A stretch of 64,000 nt of DNA from Octopus sinensis (Eukaryota). Position numbers and translations under genes: made by a program. The notes below the pieces were generated by a model, which worked only from the letters and a program-made list of their open reading frames with translations, was not told the DNA's origin and ran no database searches. Positions 63,501 through 64,000 of this stretch are shown here, piece after piece (the stretch's first letter is position 1; each line of letters starts with the position of its first letter). Location: positions 102,424,001 to 102,488,000 of the forward strand of contig NC_043006.1 in NCBI RefSeq assembly GCF_006345805.1, in the 5' to 3' direction.

Positions 63501-63983
63501 AGAAGCAGCTACGTTTCTTTCTCTGACATTTTACATAATACAACCTACACAAGTAATTGTGTGATCAACAAAATAGGAATTTTGAAAGAAGTATCTATGA
63601 AACTAGTTTTTAAATGGCTATGGGGGTCCACCTGAATAAAATAGTAATAATCTGGTTGTGAACCACTGCTTTGGATGGAGTTTTTAAAAAAATGGTCTTC
63701 TTCTTAGAAATGAAACTGTTTATAATGATAATGATATTTGTCATATTTCCTTGATAAATTCATTCTGTTTTATTCCAGTTTGGTCACGGTCTACAACAAA
63801 TGCTAACTACAGTTCCATACAGTGAGATAGCAGGTCAAAGAAATGTGGAATGGGATGCACTTCATGTCTGCTCCAGTTTCATGACCATGTGGCTATCTGA
63901 TGCACGTACCCTGAAAAGTTTAACATCTCACTATCAGACAGGTGAACCCATGCCCGATGAAATGGTGGACACACTTCTTAAAG
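32904..63983 (+). CDS. Spliced gene (14 coding exons in window, 3' incomplete): M3A family oligopeptidase A-like protein, probably mitochondrial, with degenerate zinc site
   Basis: Exons 32904-33016, 36612-36775, 39040-39179, 41686-41754, 43541-43701, 45828-45932, 49145-49333, 51937-52038, 53051-53191, 54391-54487, 58147-58213, 61060-61140, 62047-62168, 63779-63983 all have GT-AG boundaries and compatible phases (1756 nt, 585 codons, no stop). Motifs GPWQVTL, ILGYNSFAHMSMETKMAGSVENV, WDVPYW, YFPL, FFDPYAHQGKMSGTWM, EFGHGL, VEWDA and HYQTGEP match the OpdA/PrlC-type M3A architecture. Family recognised from memory. Confidence 0.93.
33135..33240. repeat. Imperfect ~21-bp tandem repeat in intron 1
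   Basis: GCATCT(A/C/G)AGGGTGT repeated four times. Confidence 0.8.
36612..36775 (+). CDS. Exon 2 (LPEIPPDT...NHLEQLK)
   Basis: tttcag acceptor, G|GTTTGT donor, 164 nt, phases fit both neighbours. Confidence 0.9.
36920..37640 (+). mobile_element. Decayed RTE RT fragment in intron 2, interrupted by a 165-bp insert
   Basis: LEKAFGRV, QGLVLSPLLFIVVLQA, WEPLYAD remnants. Confidence 0.65.
38608..38840 (-). mobile_element. SINE family B (intron 2)
   Basis: Reverse complement of the 28883-29115 type. Confidence 0.85.
39040..39179 (+). CDS. Exon 3 (DPQMEKTF...ESFQR)
   Basis: ctttag acceptor, AGA|GTAAGT donor, 140 nt. Confidence 0.92.
41686..41754 (+). CDS. Exon 4 (IHSQVDQAKNERWISEPLYNAVK)
   Basis: ttttag acceptor, AAG|GTAAGT donor, 69 nt, phase 0/0. 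Confidence 0.92.
41920..42400 (+). mobile_element. Decayed RTE LINE C-terminal fragment (intron 4)
   Basis: VFRSLVL.VLLY..TW.L...LNSFTTRTLCRIMG. Confidence 0.6.
42560..42740 (+). mobile_element. 3' end of a Jockey/L2/CR1-group LINE
   Basis: RTLTYNYVQSFLPRTLTLWNLLP.CVFP...DLQLFKQSINK terminal motif. Confidence 0.55.
42849..43493. mobile_element. Three adjacent piggyBac-type MITEs sharing TTAA sites
   Basis: TTAA at 42845, 43070, 43279, 43494; first unit has intact CCCTTTAG...CTAAAGGG TIRs. Related solo copies near 34055, 50390, 56765, 60792. Confidence 0.75.
43541..43701 (+). CDS. Exon 5 (EVNADRSK...ERNTF-R)
   Basis: ttttcag acceptor, AG|GTAAAA donor, 161 nt. Confidence 0.92.
45440..45675 (-). 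mobile_element. SINE family B (intron 5), 14-bp TSD
   Basis: TSD CCAGTGTAAAGATA on both sides. Confidence 0.9.
45828..45932 (+). CDS. Exon 6 (SKVMVCQN...MMAAD-K)
   Basis: tgttcag acceptor, AA|GTAAGT donor, 105 nt. Confidence 0.88.
49145..49333 (+). CDS. Exon 7 (QQPKVGPWQVTL...HEIRLL-R)
   Basis: ttaccag acceptor, CG|GTAATA donor, 189 nt; GPWxVTL and YNSRA motifs of M3A peptidases. Confidence 0.93.
51135..51371 (+). mobile_element. SINE family B (intron 7), 13-bp TSD
   Basis: TSD TATCCAACCAACA at 51122 and 51372. Confidence 0.9.
51937..52038 (+). CDS. Exon 8 (QDIADILGYNSFAHMSMETKMAGSVENVLTMLE-T)
   Basis: ttgcag acceptor, AC|GTGAGT donor, 102 nt; LGYxxFA...KMA motif. Confidence 0.95.
53051..53191 (+). 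CDS. Exon 9 (YKNHFKP...WDVPYWRRIHKNQYY-G)
   Basis: gtttag acceptor, GG|GTGAGT donor, 141 nt; WDxxYW motif. Confidence 0.95.
54391..54487 (+). CDS. Exon 10 (INESQIAQYFPLSHVLNSLFKFCEKLFGITIK)
   Basis: atccag acceptor, AAG|GTTTGT donor, 97 nt; YFPL...LFGI motif. Confidence 0.93.
57495..57760 (-). mobile_element. Decayed RTE LINE C-terminal fragment (intron 10)
   Basis: IERSQLWHYGHAIRI..ERITRQI....PTSRRPRG. Confidence 0.6.
57805..58018 (-). mobile_element. SINE family B variant (intron 10), TSD
   Basis: TTCAGAGGAATATT repeated on both flanks. Confidence 0.8.
58147..58213 (+). CDS. Exon 11 (DESDQNDNSLPDVKLFGVYDEK-G)
   Basis: caacag acceptor, G|GTAAGA donor, 67 nt; PDVxxFxVYD motif. Confidence 0.88.
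58381..58760 (-). mobile_element. Helitron-like element, same family as 16052-16351, with internal duplication and clipped 3' end
   Basis: Reverse-complement match to 16060-16340; the aaaaaatgcattaaaa...aaatcgt segment is repeated. Confidence 0.65.
59311..59540 (+). mobile_element. SINE family B (intron 11), 12-bp TSD
   Basis: TSD GGTATAAACTTC at 59299 and 59541. Confidence 0.9.
61060..61140 (+). CDS. Exon 12 (EYRASFFFDPYAHQGKMSGTWMEIGR-E)
   Basis: tttccag acceptor, G|GTGAGA donor, 81 nt; corresponds to OpdA FYLDxYAR.GKRGGAWM. Confidence 0.94.
62047..62168 (+). CDS. Exon 13 (RSDLHGVKP...EVHMLFSE)
   Basis: tttcag acceptor, GAG|GTATTG donor, 122 nt; ends at the Glu of the degenerate HEXXH. 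Confidence 0.92.
62568..62639. repeat. 17-bp minisatellite x4
   Basis: GTACCTATAATTCAG(G/A)G with alternating GGG/GAG ends. Confidence 0.93.
63100..63315 (+). mobile_element. SINE family B (intron 13)
   Basis: Full head and tail; near-TSD AGGTAAGG..CATGTCT. Confidence 0.85.
63355..63668. mobile_element. hAT MITE in intron 13
   Basis: TIRs CAGTGGTTCTCAACCA / TGGTTGTGAACCACTG; TSD degenerate. Confidence 0.7.
63779..63983 (+). CDS. Exon 14 (FGHGLQQML...VEWDALHVCSSFM...HYQTGEPMPDEMVDTLLK)
   Basis: ttccag acceptor, G|GTAATC donor, 205 nt; the gene continues beyond the window. Confidence 0.95.
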
Positions 63984-64000
63984 GTAATCTTTATTTATAT

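Overview
AT-rich, repeat-dense eukaryotic genomic DNA. The SINE/LINE/MITE landscape and abundant (TA)n/(TG)n tracts suggest an octopus or other coleoid cephalopod (inference). Positions 1-32.8 kb hold no host gene I can support. They contain tRNA-derived SINEs, RTE LINE relics, a full-length but frameshifted RTE LINE with a 16-bp TSD (19560-23720), Penelope-like (PLE) GIY-YIG relics, hAT/mariner/Helitron-like elements and a Hero-like RLE relic. There is also a 1.1-kb nested inverted/tandem repeat (23801-24911) carrying a canonical type I hammerhead ribozyme on each strand. From 32904 to the window end lies one + strand spliced gene: 14 GT-AG coding exons, 585 codons in frame, 3' end outside the window. 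It encodes an M3A (oligopeptidase A-like) protein with a mitochondrial-type presequence. Its zinc motif is degenerate: HEXXH reads SEFGH and the third ligand Glu is replaced by His, so it is a probable pseudopeptidase. Other leads are a non-canonical hammerhead-like PLE motif in three copies, an unexplained antisense codon-conserved peptide motif in three copies around the gene's 5' end, and several long hairpins. All exon phases, TSDs and base-pairings were worked out by hand; no database searches were run.
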